A DNA stretch of 64,000 nucleotides from the human T2T-CHM13v2.0 reference genome, Homo sapiens, in NCBI RefSeq assembly GCF_009914755.1, contig NC_060932.1; one strand, given 5' to 3'. The position numbers were made by a program, and so were the translations under genes. Below the pieces are notes generated by a model. That model was given only the letters and a program-made list of their open reading frames with translations. It ran no database searches and had not been told where the DNA came from. Positions 45,357 to 60,760 of the stretch are shown here, piece after piece (the first letter of the stretch is position 1; each line of letters begins with the position of its first letter).

Positions 45357-46423
45357 GTGTTGCTTTTACCATTTATAAACTGCTGCTTCCAAGCCTTAAG
45401 AAAACACTTTTTTTTTACAAAAATAGTGCAGCCTTCCCACAACTACTCTAAATAATTAGAACACTTAAAAATAACTTATTAATCTGTGCTCCCAGAAGTT
45501 GAAAAAAAAAGAAATAAAATAAAATAACCTATTAAAAATCCAGGAAAGGATTATCCACAGCAAATGACACAAATCTTAGCTCACCAAGTGCAAATTAGTT
45601 TCCTTATGTTGAGAAGCAAAGAGGGTCAAGTACAGAGCATAAGAAAATAACCTAGGTTCACCATGTTTCCCAGTGAAGTCCTGCGGCCATGCAAAAGGCA
45701 ATTGTGCATTTACAAGTGATTTTAGATTGAGGAAGCATGTGTAGTTTTCCCCAGTTAGCCAGCTGAGCATTGTAAAAACAGAAAAGGTGTGTATTGAATT
45801 CACTTTCACAGTGAAGAAAGAGCACCAAGTTAGGACTTAATTCTAAATACTGAAGGGCAGGGAACAAGCCATAATTTCTACCCTAAGAAAGGCATATTCT
45901 GTGGCCTCTAACCTGAGAAACCAGGGTGTTGAATTCTAGCTCTAGCCTATTGTGGCCTTGGGTTCTCTGCCTGGGAGAAAGTTGGACTTCCTCCAACTGA
46001 CAAGTAACTTGGAGACAGTCATTCAAATTCCTATGGCCTCAGCATACAGTGAGTAATTTGGGATAAGTGAGCTTTCATATGCTGTAGTGTTTCATCAAAC
46101 AGTACAGAAGAAACTGAGGCCTTTCTCATCTCTGGAAACCTAAGATTTTATGGTGGTTAACTTCCCATGAGGCTCTATATGACAATGATTAGCTTCTCTC
46201 CTTCTCTCCTGTGGGCTGTGCAGTGGGAGAGGTGATTAGGATGGAAATGCTTGTCTATTCTATTCTGCCAGCCAGTCATTCAAATTACTGGATGTCTGCA
46301 ATTTATTGCATGACCACCTTGAAACAGGACTGTCCTAGGCCATGAGGATACAAAACATCAAAAAAGGCAGATGATGCTTTGGAGCTTTCACACTGAGATG
46401 CCTCTGAACCCAGGGTCTTGCCG

Positions 46424-46827
46424 GGCAGCAATAACCCAAGCATACCCTGAGAATGAACCTGTGTTCCTTAGTGAATGTTTGCTCAGTGTTCCCAGCTATA
46501 GACCCCAAGAATGGCCAACTCAGATGTTTATACCATACCTATGAGAAACAACCTGGAGCCTGGCCTGTTCATTGGAACACAGGCCATACAAGGAACTGAG
46601 CCCATTTGTTTTGGGCTAGGTGGGGGTTGCTAAGTGGAGGTTGCTGTGGGAAGGGTACTGTATAACCTGCATGCTTTTACAAATTGGAACAGTTTTCCTG
46701 TCCAGCCTGCTGCTCCTGCATTCCCTCTATGTAAGTTCCCTAATAAAGCTCATGTCTGCAGGTCTTTTCTTCAGTTTCTCTGAGGTGGTACCCTCCCAGC
46801 TCACAAGCTTGTGGGTCTAGTATGACA
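46424..46827 (+). mobile_element. ERVL-class solo LTR, LTR47-like
   Basis: caataacccaagcataccctgagaatga; tgtataa and aataaa signals; ends tgaca. Confidence 0.6.
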
Positions 46828-47799
46828 GTAGGGAGCCCAATATCTACCACAAAAGATGATTTTACCAAAAACATATGCCACTAGCTTTGTTTCCCAGGAC
46901 CAAAATCAGATTATAACTTTGCCTAAAGCAGAGCTGCTGAGAGTTCCTTGCTCATTTGCTTTTGGTTAAATTTGGCACATCCCTGCTCTGAATCTGGTGG
47001 GATGTGGCATTCCAGCTTCTGCTTGAAGCCAATAAGTTACCATAAGGAGTTTATTGTGCCTCAGATGGTGATTCAGGGTACCAGGAGACCCTGGGAATAG
47101 ATAGTCTTTGTCTGATTGTGGTGATGGCAAAATATGCCCACAAATGTACCACACCAGTATCTGAAAACAAATTTGAATCCTGATGGTAAAATTCAGTATG
47201 CAGAATCATTGTTTTGATTTCCTAAGATAAATGGAAAAACTGATTCAGAAATATAAATAGCCACAGGCTTCCTACAAAAGACTATTTTTCATATCCTTTG
47301 AATATTGTTTTAATGAGACAGCTATATTTCATCGTTTATCAATGACTTCCTTATTTAAAAAAAAAACTAAGATTTAAAATGCATATGATTATTTTCTTCT
47401 TGGTTTGGATGCACTTAACCTGTGCTCTGAGGTAGTTTATAGCTACCTCAGGGCAGCAGGCACCATCACAGCTCATAGCTGCTGAATTAGATCTTTCTCC
47501 TCTGTGGTCCATAAATGATGGAAGGCCCAGCGGCATGGCAGCCTGTTCAGTAAAGCACTGATCTTTCCACCACCAAGCAGAGTTGATCTTTCCACCACTT
47601 TAAGCAGAGTTGGGTTTGGTGTGTTGGTTTTGGTTTGGTGCGTTAATCTTTTCTCAATCAGGGATGTTTACTTACCTACTTAGGAATATCCTACAGTGCA
47701 TAACAGTGTATGCTAGTACTTTGCAAAAAATGAGAGAATTATTGCCCCTCATACAGTCAAGAGTTGGGAGATTTAACTGAGAGGAAATATTGAAACTGT

Positions 47800-48010
47800 T
47801 TAAAAGCTCAGGACCTACAACCTGATTGCTAGAGTCTGAATTCTAATTCTAACCCTTCCTGGACCTCTCTGTGCCTCAGTTTCCTCATCTATGAAATGGG
47901 GACAGTGATAGTAGAGTTCACAGGTGTTTGTAAGCTTCAGTGAGTTAAGGATTATAAGTGGTTAGAAGGGCTCATGGTACAAAAATAACTAACTTTTACA
48001 TAGAACTTAC
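47800..48010 (+). mobile_element. MIR
   Basis: ctctctgtgcctcagtttcctcatctatgaaatgggg core. Confidence 0.8.
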
Positions 48011-48486
48011 TAATAAGAACTTAAATGTTTGCTTTTATTTATCCTAGACCAAACCACCATTACTTTTCAGCTGGACTTAGCTTCCCCATTAGTTTTCTCT
48101 ACCCTTCTTAAATCTATTCCCCACATAGCAGAAAGATATTTTCACATTAAAAAATTATCCATGACTTAGAAATGAATTATAAACTTAAAGGCAAAATAAA
48201 CAGTCATTAGCTCTGTACTCTAGTTGATAAAGTTGTTTCCAATGGAAGTATGTGTTAAGAAATCTGCTACTACTATAGATGTATAATAGAATTGAACAAT
48301 TAAGTAAATGAATGATGCATGGTGGAAACGGTTTCTCGCTGTTGGAGTGAGTGTTTACAGATAAGCATGGGAGGATGCCAGAATTATCCAGGTGGTAATG
48401 AATTAGAGGTGAGTTATCAGTATGAGCTCATGTTTAGCTTAATACAGACACAGGTGGTTAAATATAAAAATACTTGTAGATGGGTG

Positions 48487-48531
<45 letters not shown>

Positions 48532-48780
48532 ATTAGTATAAACACATATATTTCCTTGCTTTGTCAGCTGACAGGGCCTAGAAGTAATGACTCCTCAGTA
48601 ACAACAAGCATACCTAGCACCCAGATCCTGGTTTCTAATACCATTTTCCAATGCGATTATATTGAGATTTATGGGGAAAGGGCAGATTTTAGGACTGGGG
48701 CAGAAAACATATGAGATGAGCCTATAACATCAGAAAGTAAGAGAGTGTTGAAACACTCACACATGCATACAATGATGGGG

Positions 48781-50020
<1,240 letters not shown>

Positions 50021-52706
50021 TGGGGTTATTTCTAAAGGACACAGGAACCAATGGAAAGAACTCTCGATGGTTGCAACAAAATAAATGAAGTAGAATTTGA
50101 TTATCACCCAAAGTGTACAATTAATATCCATGAGTCCATACTAATATAAATAAATGATTGGATACAAATAAATGAGGGAGAAAAGACAAGTCTCCCGTGT
50201 AGAATTCCAAATAATGTATTTAAATATTCTGCCTTCAAGAAGTTTGAGAATAACTCTCCACTCCTTCAATGTTGTCTGTGCATGGTGACTGTGTTCTAAA
50301 CAGCACAATATGAAAGGGGGAGAAAAGAGTCACTTTACCATGGAGAAACCTGACAAACTGTCTCAGCCAAGTGATCAAGGTCAACATCAACAGAGATCAA
50401 TCGTGTTGATAGTATGTACCTTTGATATCATGTGATCAAAACAGCACTTTTCCTCTGTTGTCTTTCTTCCACAAACCCATAAACCCAGTCTCATCAAGAG
50501 AAAAATATCAGAAAAATCACAATAGAAGGACATTCTACTAAATACCTGCCCAAGTCCTCCTTCAAACCATCAAGGTTATCAAAAACAAGGAAAGTCTGAG
50601 AAACTGTCACAACCAAGAGGAGACTAAGGAGACATGATACCTAAAAGTAATGTGGTGTCCTGAATGGGACCCTAGAACAGAAAAAGGACATTGAGTAAAA
50701 ACTGAGACAATCTAAATAATCTATGGGCTTGAGGTAACAATAATGTATCAATTCAGGCTCATTGGTATGATACAAATACACCACAGTAGTGTAAGATATT
50801 AATAAGAGGAGAAACCAGATGCATGGTATATAGGAACTCCTTGTATTCTCTTTACAATTTTTCTATAAATCTAAAACTAACATAAAACTTAGTGAAATTT
50901 GTCCATGTCATTCCAGTGACTTCTATATGAAATTCCTAGTCTTTCAAGTGCTCATCAGGTTCTAACCAACAGAGTTCCACCTAATTCTAAACCCCCATCT
51001 CTGGCCCACCCCCATAGCTCTCCATGAACTTGACACCTTAGCCTCCATCAGTCCATGAACGTGCAAGGTCCTCAGCTACTTCAGTCTCACACATACTCAC
51101 CTCTCCACCCACCAGACTCTTACCTCAGCTTCTGATGAAGGGGCTAAACCAGATCATATTGTCAAGCTTTTACCAATTCAATCATGGTGGACTTAGGTTA
51201 AATAATTAGCCAATGCTGGAGGGCTCTGTACAGAGCTAGGTCTCATATGTCCAATCTTTCCTGCAGTAGCTACATTGCCTTTGCATCCTTCCTTGCTAAG
51301 TTTGCAGACATTCTAAATAGCATTTTCTTCTCATTTCAATATGGTCTTTATGAAACCAGATACGTAGTTACCGGTTGTTAAAAAATACTTATGGAGAGTC
51401 TTGCCTGTTTCACAGTAATCAAACAAACATATGCTCAAAGAATATCATTTCCCTCTTCCTCACACAAGTTGGCCAGATGATCCCATCTGTACTAAGGCAG
51501 CAGATGAGCCTTCGGCAAATTCATTCTTCCAAGACCAGCTGCCAAAGCTAATTTCCCCAGTCCTCCGTCTGCTGGAAAGTGGCACTGACTTTGTAGATGT
51601 TGCTTATATTATAGACTCTCAGCTATCTATTCTTTTTCCTTTACTATGGCAAAACCTGCATGATTTCTAATTACTTTCTGAAGAAAACTCTCCAGTGAAA
51701 AATGAATCAAGTTGTTTGAGATGATATGTTGAGCTAGGGTGCTTTGGGTTTCACAGTCAGTACCTTCATAAAAGTGTAAATGATATACTCTTTCTCCCAC
51801 TCCCCAAAGAGGCTAGAATAATAGCCTCCCTGGTAGACCTGGCCCGGATTCCTGATGAAGGCATAAAGCCTCGTTTTTCTTCTTTGGGAAACCTACTGAA
51901 TCTTAGAAGTAGCTCATAATGATCTTAATTGGCTAGAAATCTTAATTATTTCTATACTTAAGTGCATTCCATGATATTTTTCTCGTTGCTCTTAATGAAA
52001 GCTATTTTACCCAATGGACTTCAGTTCCTCAAGTCTAGCTCCAAAAAAGTCAGTAAAACTGATCTTTTAGATACCATTCCTTACAAGGCAGCAAATGAGA
52101 TATTAAAAAGCAATGTTAGGCTCATTATTTTTTATATTATAGTGTTTATAAGCAAACAGTTTGAAGTCTGTTTGCAGAATAAACCATTATTTTAAGTGGT
52201 CCTCAAATTTGCAAAAATGTCAGTCTGCCCTCAGCTCCTAGCTTTGCCACTTTTACTAACTTTCTGAAATAAGCTTTGTATTGTTTATTTATAAAGAAAG
52301 CCAAGTACATGTGCAAATATCACCCTCGAATTATAGAAAATGGTTTCAAAAGGTTAAACAATTCACCATCAGTGTCAGCAAATACAGCTGCCAGTTGAGA
52401 GGAGAATATCTCAACAAAAGAAGGAGTTTTGAATTATGTGATCCCAGGAGGCTCTTACAATAAAAGATTTGAGATTATTATTTACAATTAACCTCAACTA
52501 ACCAGAACCTGAGGCCTTTAAATAATTGCAGGCTTATACCAACTCCATCATCTTTAGGAAGAAAATATTTTTCAATAACAACTGTTGACATAAAAATGGT
52601 TTTTTAACTGCTCTCAGCCATAAATTTCAATTAAACAGAATTACTATCCCAGTTAATTATGCTTCCTACTCATAGCAATGATGAATTCCTTTCAAATGAG
52701 TAACTG

Positions 52707-53133
52707 TGTGATGGTTAATTTTAGGTGTCAATTCACCTGGGCTAAGGGATCCCCAGATAGCTGGTAAAACATTTCTGAGTATGTCTGTGAGGGTGTTTCC
52801 AGAAGAGATTTGCATTCAAATCGGTACACTGAGACGAGAATATCCACCCTTGCCAATGTGGACAGGCATCATCCAATCCACTGAGGGCCTAAATAGAAAA
52901 AAAAGGTGAAAGAAAGGGAAATTTGCACTCTCTGATTAAGTTGGGACATCCACCTTCTCCCATTCTCAGGCTTGGGCAGGAATGACAGCAGCAGCTTTGC
53001 TGGACCTCCAGCTTGCAGAGGGCAGATTGTGGGATATCTAGACTTCTATAACCACAGAGCCAATCCCTCCTGACACATCTCTCTGTATATCTATATATGT
53101 CCTATGGGTTCTGTTTCTCTGGAGAACTCTAAC
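52707..53133 (+). mobile_element. MLT2B-like LTR
   Basis: tgtgatggttaattttaggtgtcaa...ggttctgtttctctggagaactctaaca. Confidence 0.85.
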
Positions 53134-53194
53134 AAAAAGTGCAATAATAAAAGTGTATTCATGATGACTGTCTTTCTAGAAAAATCTAGAAGAC

Positions 53195-53750
53195 AGGTTT
53201 ATCAGTTAGGCACGAGTGACAGAAATCCCAATTCATAGTGTTAAGCAACAATGATAATTTATTGGTTCACATATTTAGCAAGTCTGGAAGCAAAATATGC
53301 TGCTTCAGATTAAGCTTCATCTGCAGCAGCTGAAATGGTATCACCAATGGCCCTGGACTCACCATCCTGTGTTGGGTCTATCCTCAGTCTGCTTAAGTGC
53401 TCCTCTGGCAGCCCTGGGGATCCCTCCACTGGCTGGGAATGGCTGCAGAGGCTTGGCCCCTCACACCTCACCCCTCACCTTCCAAAACAAGTGAGTTTCT
53501 TCTGATGGCTGCCCCAGAAGATAAGAAAATTGTTCTTTCCCTGAAGCCAATATCTCATCATATCTCTATGATTCTGACTGGATCATGTGCCCATCTCTGA
53601 GCCAATCCCTGTGACCAGAGAGACTGGATATCTAGTAGGCTTAAGGCAATCTCAGACCAGCCTTGGAATTAATTAGACTAAGACATCATGGCTTTTGGGA
53701 GAAAATAAAACAGGAGTTGATACTAGAGAGACAACAAACAAATTGTCTAC
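53195..53750 (-). mobile_element. Old MLT1-type LTR remnant
   Basis: gtgacagaaatcccaa, gatcatgtgcccatctctgagccaatc. Confidence 0.55.
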
Positions 53751-54019
53751 TATAACAACAAACAAGGAAATCTCAAATTTCAAAAAACAGAAAGGGCGCT
53801 GAAGTCAGAAGAAAGACAGGAGTGAGAGCAGAGTTAATGGCATTGGCTACTCTAGTTTTCCAACTGATTGAGGCAGGAAGATACTTTTTACCACATTTTC
53901 CCAAGCACTCCAGCTCAGTTAAAAGTCCCTGGATGCTTGAAGATTGAGTGATTGTGGGTCCACATCGAAATAGCTAAAAATAAACCAAACGTCAAAAACT
54001 CTGGAAAACAACCACATTC

Positions 54020-54255
54020 ACTTGAGAGGTCTTTGGAGGCAGACAGGTCTGAGATTGCCTCTAAACTGCACTACTTATTAGCTATGTGGTTTTTGGAACA
54101 TTACTTACACTCCTGAATACAGTTTTCTCATCTGTATAGTAAAAATAATAGGACTTCAAATAATATGTAATTCATACAGGTGTGAGAATGAAAATAAGAG
54201 CTTGTAAGCAAAGCATCTAGTAAGGGACTCAGTGCATGGCATGTTGGGGTATAGG
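54020..54255 (+). mobile_element. MIR
   Basis: ctacttattagctatgtg...cagttttctcatctgtat. Confidence 0.65.
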
Positions 54256-55677
54256 ATTCCCACCACTGAGGCTTTCTAAGGAGTGGTGGAACCATTTCTG
54301 TCCTTCCCAACATCACGAGGCCACATCAGTGCCTCTAGGGCCATTGGACAAAACTAGAACATTGCCAAGAGGTCTGTTTTCTTGTTATTTGGTCAGAAAC
54401 TATTTTCTGATTGTTGCTTGCTTTATACATTCTTAGATGGCAAATTTCTCATGCACAGACACATGCCTAGGATTATTCCTTTGTCTAAAATAGACCTTTG
54501 TACACAAAAAACAATTTTTGCAATGATAAGGAGAAAATTGAGGAAAAGAAGGAGATGGAGTGGACAATTCTTATCACCTTCTTAGTTGAGAAAGTAACCA
54601 AACCGCCCACTTCCATAAAATAATCACAGCATTTTTGAGAAATTAGTTCAGCTTCCTGGTTCTTCCATCACTCCTAGTAAAAACCTCATTTTATCAATTT
54701 TCTTTTCAAAGAAAGGTAAACATCCTCTTTCTTCCCAGGCCTTTATTTAACTATCATCACATAGCAATTAAGATCAAAACACAGCAGCAATTTGCAAAGT
54801 GCCTTGAGATTTCGATAGGAAGTATTATGCATGGACTAGAAAACAGGAAAAATAAGAGAAAATGCAAAACCATGCAAGGCTATATATGGTGGTGGCCTTC
54901 GCACGATGGCATGAGTAGCACTGAGTGTAAGTGGTGAGTGTTTCCAACATGGCATTTCCTTGGCTCCCTGCTGCTATCGGAGATTATTCTAAGTGAATAC
55001 TCCTGTTGGGTGACCAGTGAAATGTATTTGACACTTCAGTGTCTAACAAAGTTGCAAAGGAGGTAACAATATTACCAAACTAATCAGTGCTGAAGGCTAA
55101 GAGTGAGCGGGCAAGGACCTTGTTCAGCGTTCTTCTCCCCAGCCAAGAGTGTCCTGCCCTTTCCAGGAGACAACTATCTAATTTGATTGTGACTGTTTGG
55201 ACCTTAATTAGAATTCTAGTATAAACATTTTTAAACCAATTGGAAGTGGAAGGTCATTAAAACGTCAATACCCCTCAAGCTTTGCTATAATATAGTTGAC
55301 TTCTTGCTCAGATGATAGATTGAATAGCAATTTTTAATCCATTAAGAGGAGGTATGATGTATTTCTGGTACAGGCACTCACTACTCTGCTGCTAGATTAT
55401 TCTGAATGTATTACTTTTTTATGTACCTCTGACATATTCCAGTATGGTCTCTAGGAAAAAATTCATGTCTTATATATAGTTTATTTTCCCTTCTGTAATG
55501 CACAAATTTTTATCTCAAAGACATAAACTCAATTAAACAACATTTCGTGATAGAATTACCAAACAAGATTCATTATTATCTGCCCAGTACTTAAACAAAC
55601 AGTCATGACTATGAATAAGTAGTGTATACTGACTGGCCTGTGGTCCAGAAAAGCCGCATTCAGAAACAGAAGTTTAG

Positions 55678-55996
55678 ACCGGATGTGGTGGCTCACACCT
55701 ATAATCCCAGCACTTTAGAAGGCTTAGGATTGCTTAGGCCATCCTCAAATGAAGGAGGATTGCTTGAGGCCAGGAGTTCAAGACCATCCTGGCCAACATG
55801 ACAAAACCCCATCCCTACTAAAAATACAAAAATTAGCTGGGCATGATGGTGCATGCCTGTAATCCCAGCTACTTGGGAGGCTGAAGCAGGAGAATTTCTT
55901 GAACCTGGGAGGCAAAGGTTGTGAGATCATGCCACTGTACTCCAGCCTGGGTGACAGAGTGGGGCTCCATCTCAAAAACAAAACAAAACAAAACAA
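55678..55996 (+). mobile_element. Alu with internal rearrangement
   Basis: Dimer, (CAAAA)n tail, TSD agaagttta. Confidence 0.9.
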
Positions 55997-56334
55997 ACCC
56001 TAGAAGTTTATTGTGTTCTGATTACCAGAACCTCTAGTTTCATTTGATGTAAGTAAAAAACACCCATAACTTAAAAGATAGCTAACTCGAGCTCTTGCTA
56101 TCTGAACTATATGTTCACTTTAATTGTTGAAACCTACATGATATGCACTGTTCCACATTATAAATGTTGAAATATAAATAAGACTGTAGGTGAAGGTGTT
56201 GAAAATCAATGTTGAAATATTTTTTGAAACCAAAGTATTTTTTCTGTGAATATGTCTTTCAAGGAATTAGATGTAAGAGTAAAAAAAGACCAAGCTGACA
56301 AATTCTGCCCTGTTCTCAGTATTTCATGGTGAAG

Positions 56335-56663
<329 letters not shown>

Positions 56664-58075
56664 TAAAGATGTTTATTTGCATCATCCTTGAAGAGTATAC
56701 ATCAAAAACAATCCAAAACTTCAATATTTTGATGCCGAATGTTGTCTAGAAAGATGCAGAAACATATTTTTCAAATTGTTAAAATTACTACAAACATATC
56801 AACAATCAGACATTTTCCTGGTTCAGAAACAGGTTTTTCATAGTAAAAAGTAAAACCACTAAAATGTGGCTAAATATAGAAGTCAGATTACCAGTGTTTT
56901 TGTTTACAACAAAAACTAATATGAAGATAGGATCAACCAAGCACAACTGACATTGGGGGAAAATCAAAAGCATCAAGGAGCAGCCCAAATTAACAAGTGA
57001 AAAACACAACCTTGGAAGAAGAGAAATAACCCAGAATTTAGAAAAAAATAATTAAACATCTTCTAATTAGTATACTGTGAGTGAGTCAAGAGAATATTAT
57101 ATCACAAAAATATTGTTCTGTGAAAAAGAGCTAGCTATCCCAGGAGCAGAAAAGTGCTCTTAATCCTTCAAAAATAACCATCAAAATTAAAATGTCAGTG
57201 GACATGTTGAATAATAGAATGAACATGGCTGAAGATCAAATAAGTGGTAAAGTGAATCTCCTAAAATATAGAATGAGTAGGCAGAGACATTTTTAAATGA
57301 GAGGAGAGTCAAAAAGCATGAGGACCAATGTATGTGGCATTAAGTACATCCGAAGGGGATGGGAGAGGGAATGGAAGGGAAAATTAAAAGTTCATTTTTG
57401 CAATGTGAAAACCAAGAAAATTAATTTTTTAAAAGCATGCACACACACACACACACACACATTAACAAGACTCATGTCAACACATCCTAGAAAAAATTGG
57501 AGACTTCAATGTAAATGCAAATTTTAAATACTTGTCTCATAAGCTGAAAATTAGACTGACAGCAAATTTCTAGTATCTATTCTCTATTGAATACCAGAGT
57601 AATACATAGAGAGTATGTATAGAAAGAGTACTATACTGAATACCAAGTATCTAATGGACAGCCTACTAGAATGTAAGATTTTAGGCTTGGTGATCAGCCC
57701 AAGATAGACAGGGATTGTTGTCCGATTTGTTCACTGCTGTAATTCCAGCACCTAAAACAGATCTTGATTTATTAAATGCTCATTTAGGATTTGTTGAATG
57801 ACTAAAAGTTAGAAGAAAGAAACAATTTTCAAAATAGAATGCTATTATGCTCAGCCAATAAAGCATTTAAATATAAAATTTTTGGAGCATGCAAGACTTT
57901 AAATATTATCACTCATATATTAATATCACCCTCTGGAAGAAAATTCAAGTAAGAACTACAAAGGAAGAAAAAGATTGGGGGGACAAGGAGGAGGGGATAG
58001 AAAAGGAAGAGGAAGAAGTCAAGGAAGAGGAAGGCATGGAATACAAGAAAGAAGGATAAGTAAATACAACAGTAA

Positions 58076-58473
<398 letters not shown>

Positions 58474-59062
58474 TAGAAAACACCTGATATCATGAAACTG
58501 GGAGGAACTCAGGAATAAATCAACAAACCTACAACCATAATCACTGGTGGTAAGGAGAATTTTATTACTTTACCAGAAATTCATCAATTAGGAATTAATT
58601 GAAGTTTGGTTCTTCTATTTTCAATAGAGAAACGAATCTGAGCTGTTGGTGCCAAGGGAGCAAGCTATCCAGAACACATTGCAATATAGCTAGTGCAGAA
58701 CATCCAGGTGCAGAGGGCAATTCAATTTATTTTTTAACACTCTTGTACATTTTATGTAAGTTCACATAAATGTTTGGAATGACTTGCATCAACCTGCGAA
58801 CCTTGGAGGCACAATGTGGCATTGCCAAGAGGAGAGGAATGTGATAAAGAGAAATTTATTTCTCACACACTGTATATTTCTGTTCTATTTGACATATTTA
58901 CAAGCAGATGGTTTTATTCTATTACCTGTGTAAAACAAAATGAATAGATGTTTTTAAGAGTCACACATACACATAAGAAAAGAAAATTAACAGGCTCAGA
59001 CCCAAAATCTTAGGTGATAGTGGGCTACAGGACAGTAAAATTAAAAGTTTACTTTTTTAAAA

Positions 59063-59111
59063 ATTTTAGAGACAGGGTCTCTTTGTCACCCAGGCTGGAA
59101 TATAGTGATGT
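59063..59111 (-). mobile_element. Alu 3' fragment cut by the HERV9 insertion
   Basis: ttttagagacagggtctctttgtcacccaggctggaatatagtg directly abuts the LTR12 terminus. Confidence 0.8.
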
Positions 59112-59867
59112 TGTGTCCAGAATTTGTTCCTTCCAGTGGGTTCTTGGTCTCGCTGACTTCAAGGATGAAGGCACGGACCCTTGCAGTGAGTGTTACAGCT
59201 CTTAAAGATGGTGTGTCCAGAGTTTGTTCCTTCAGATGTTCAGATGTGTCTGGAGTTTCTTCCTTCTGCTGGGTTCATGGTCTTGCTGACTTCAGGAGTG
59301 AAGCTGCAGACCTTCACCGTGAGTGTTACAGGTTTTAAAGGTGGTGCGTCTGGAGTTGTTTTTTCCTCCAGTTGGGTTCGTGGTCTCACTGACTTCAGGA
59401 GTGAAGCCACAGAGCTTCGCAGTGAGTGTTACAGCTCATAAAGGTAGTGTGGACCCAAAAAGTGAACAGCAGCAAGATTTATTGTGAAGAGCAAAACAAC
59501 AAAGCTTCCACAGCATGGAAGGGGACCCGAGCGGGTTGCCACTGCTGGCTTGAGTGGCCAGCTTCTATTCCCTTATTTGGCCCCCCACCCACATCCTGCT
59601 GATTGGTCCATTTTACAGGGTGCTGATTGGTCCATTTTATAGAATGCTGATTGGTCCATTTTTACAGAGTGCTGATTGGTGTGTTTACAAACCTTTAGCT
59701 AGACACAGAGTGCTGATTGGTGTGTTTTTACAGAGTGCTGATTGGTTCATTTACAAACCTTTAGTTAGACACAGAGTGCTGATTGGTGTGTTTACAATAC
59801 TTTAGCTAGACAGAAAAGTTCTCCAAGTCCCCTCCTGACCCAGAAGCCCAGCCGGCTTCACCTCTCA
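59112..59867 (-). mobile_element. 3' LTR12 of HERV9
   Basis: Minus strand TGAGAGGTGAAGCCGGCTGGG...GGACACA; tandem CCAAT repeats; AATAAA ~59478-59483; U5 tandem repeats; purine-rich PPT immediately upstream (59868-59880). Confidence 0.95.
59598..59810 (-). promoter_or_regulatory. LTR12 U3 tandem array with seven CCAATCAGC boxes
   Basis: gctgattgg at ~59598, 59622, 59646, 59671, 59712, 59737, 59778 in 24- and 41-bp units. Confidence 0.85.
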
Positions 59868-59899
59868 ATCCCCTCTCTAAACAGGACACCCCAACTGCT

Positions 59900-60760
59900 G
59901 TTGGGAATTGGACAATGACTGCTGTAGCTACTTCCTGCTGGATAGGGGTGAAGAAGGGGCCCTGCAGTTGTAGTATCCTCCAGAGGGGAGCTCTCTAGGT
60001 CAGGGAAAGGGCCAGCAGGTCAGTCCAGGGGTCCTTGGTAGAAGTTGTTAGTTGAGTTCATTTGGGGTTCCATTTGTAAGACCATCTGTAGTTGATGGCC
60101 TCGATTCTAGAGGAAACAAATTTGACAAGGAGGTTAAAAATACAGGGCCCGAAGGCAAGTAATAGCAAGATGGCTGCCACGTGACCTAGAAAGGGGAGAA
60201 GCCATGTTGCCCAACTCCAGAGATTGGTATAAGAGTTTGAAAGGTGTTGTCTCATTTCAGAAGCCTTTTCCTGTAAATGCCGGGCAGCATCTCATGTTAT
60301 CCCTGACTGGTTAGTGTAAAAACAACACTCTTCCGCTAAGAAGATGCAGAGTCCTCCTTTCTCAGCAGTGAGAGGGTCTAGGCCTCAGCGGTTTTGGAGA
60401 ATCACTGCTGCCAAAGAGTCCGTTTGGGATTGTAGAGTAAGGATAGATTTCGTTATTTCTTGCAAACTGTCTGAGAAATCCTTTGAGAGTGTGTGGTAGT
60501 AGGATAATGAAGTAGATAAGCCTGCTATTCCAGTTCCTGTAGCAGTGGCCATTTCTAACCCTATAAGTAGGGGTATTAGTTGTACGGCCCTGGGTTCATG
60601 GACTTGAGCTTTAAGGGGCACAGATAGGGCCTGATTTCATGGGGCAATGTTAATGTTGGGACTTAGAAAGACTAAGGTGCAGGTGCCTGTCCAGTTAGTG
60701 GGGAGGCAGATATAGGATGACATTCCACATAAGAAGAATATGCCTTGGTGGGGTAGACAT
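59900..60760 (-). pseudogene. env: env remnant (end of SU and TM)
   Basis: Fusion peptide [36 protein letters not shown]6CC (CIFLAEECC), TM anchor ...LLLAFGPCIFNLLVKFVSSRI; two in-frame TGA stops. Confidence 0.92.

Noticed and set aside
59112-59810. Regular repeats resembling a CRISPR array
   Set aside because: Tandem U3/U5 repeats of LTR12 with no unique spacers, no cas genes, and a primate context
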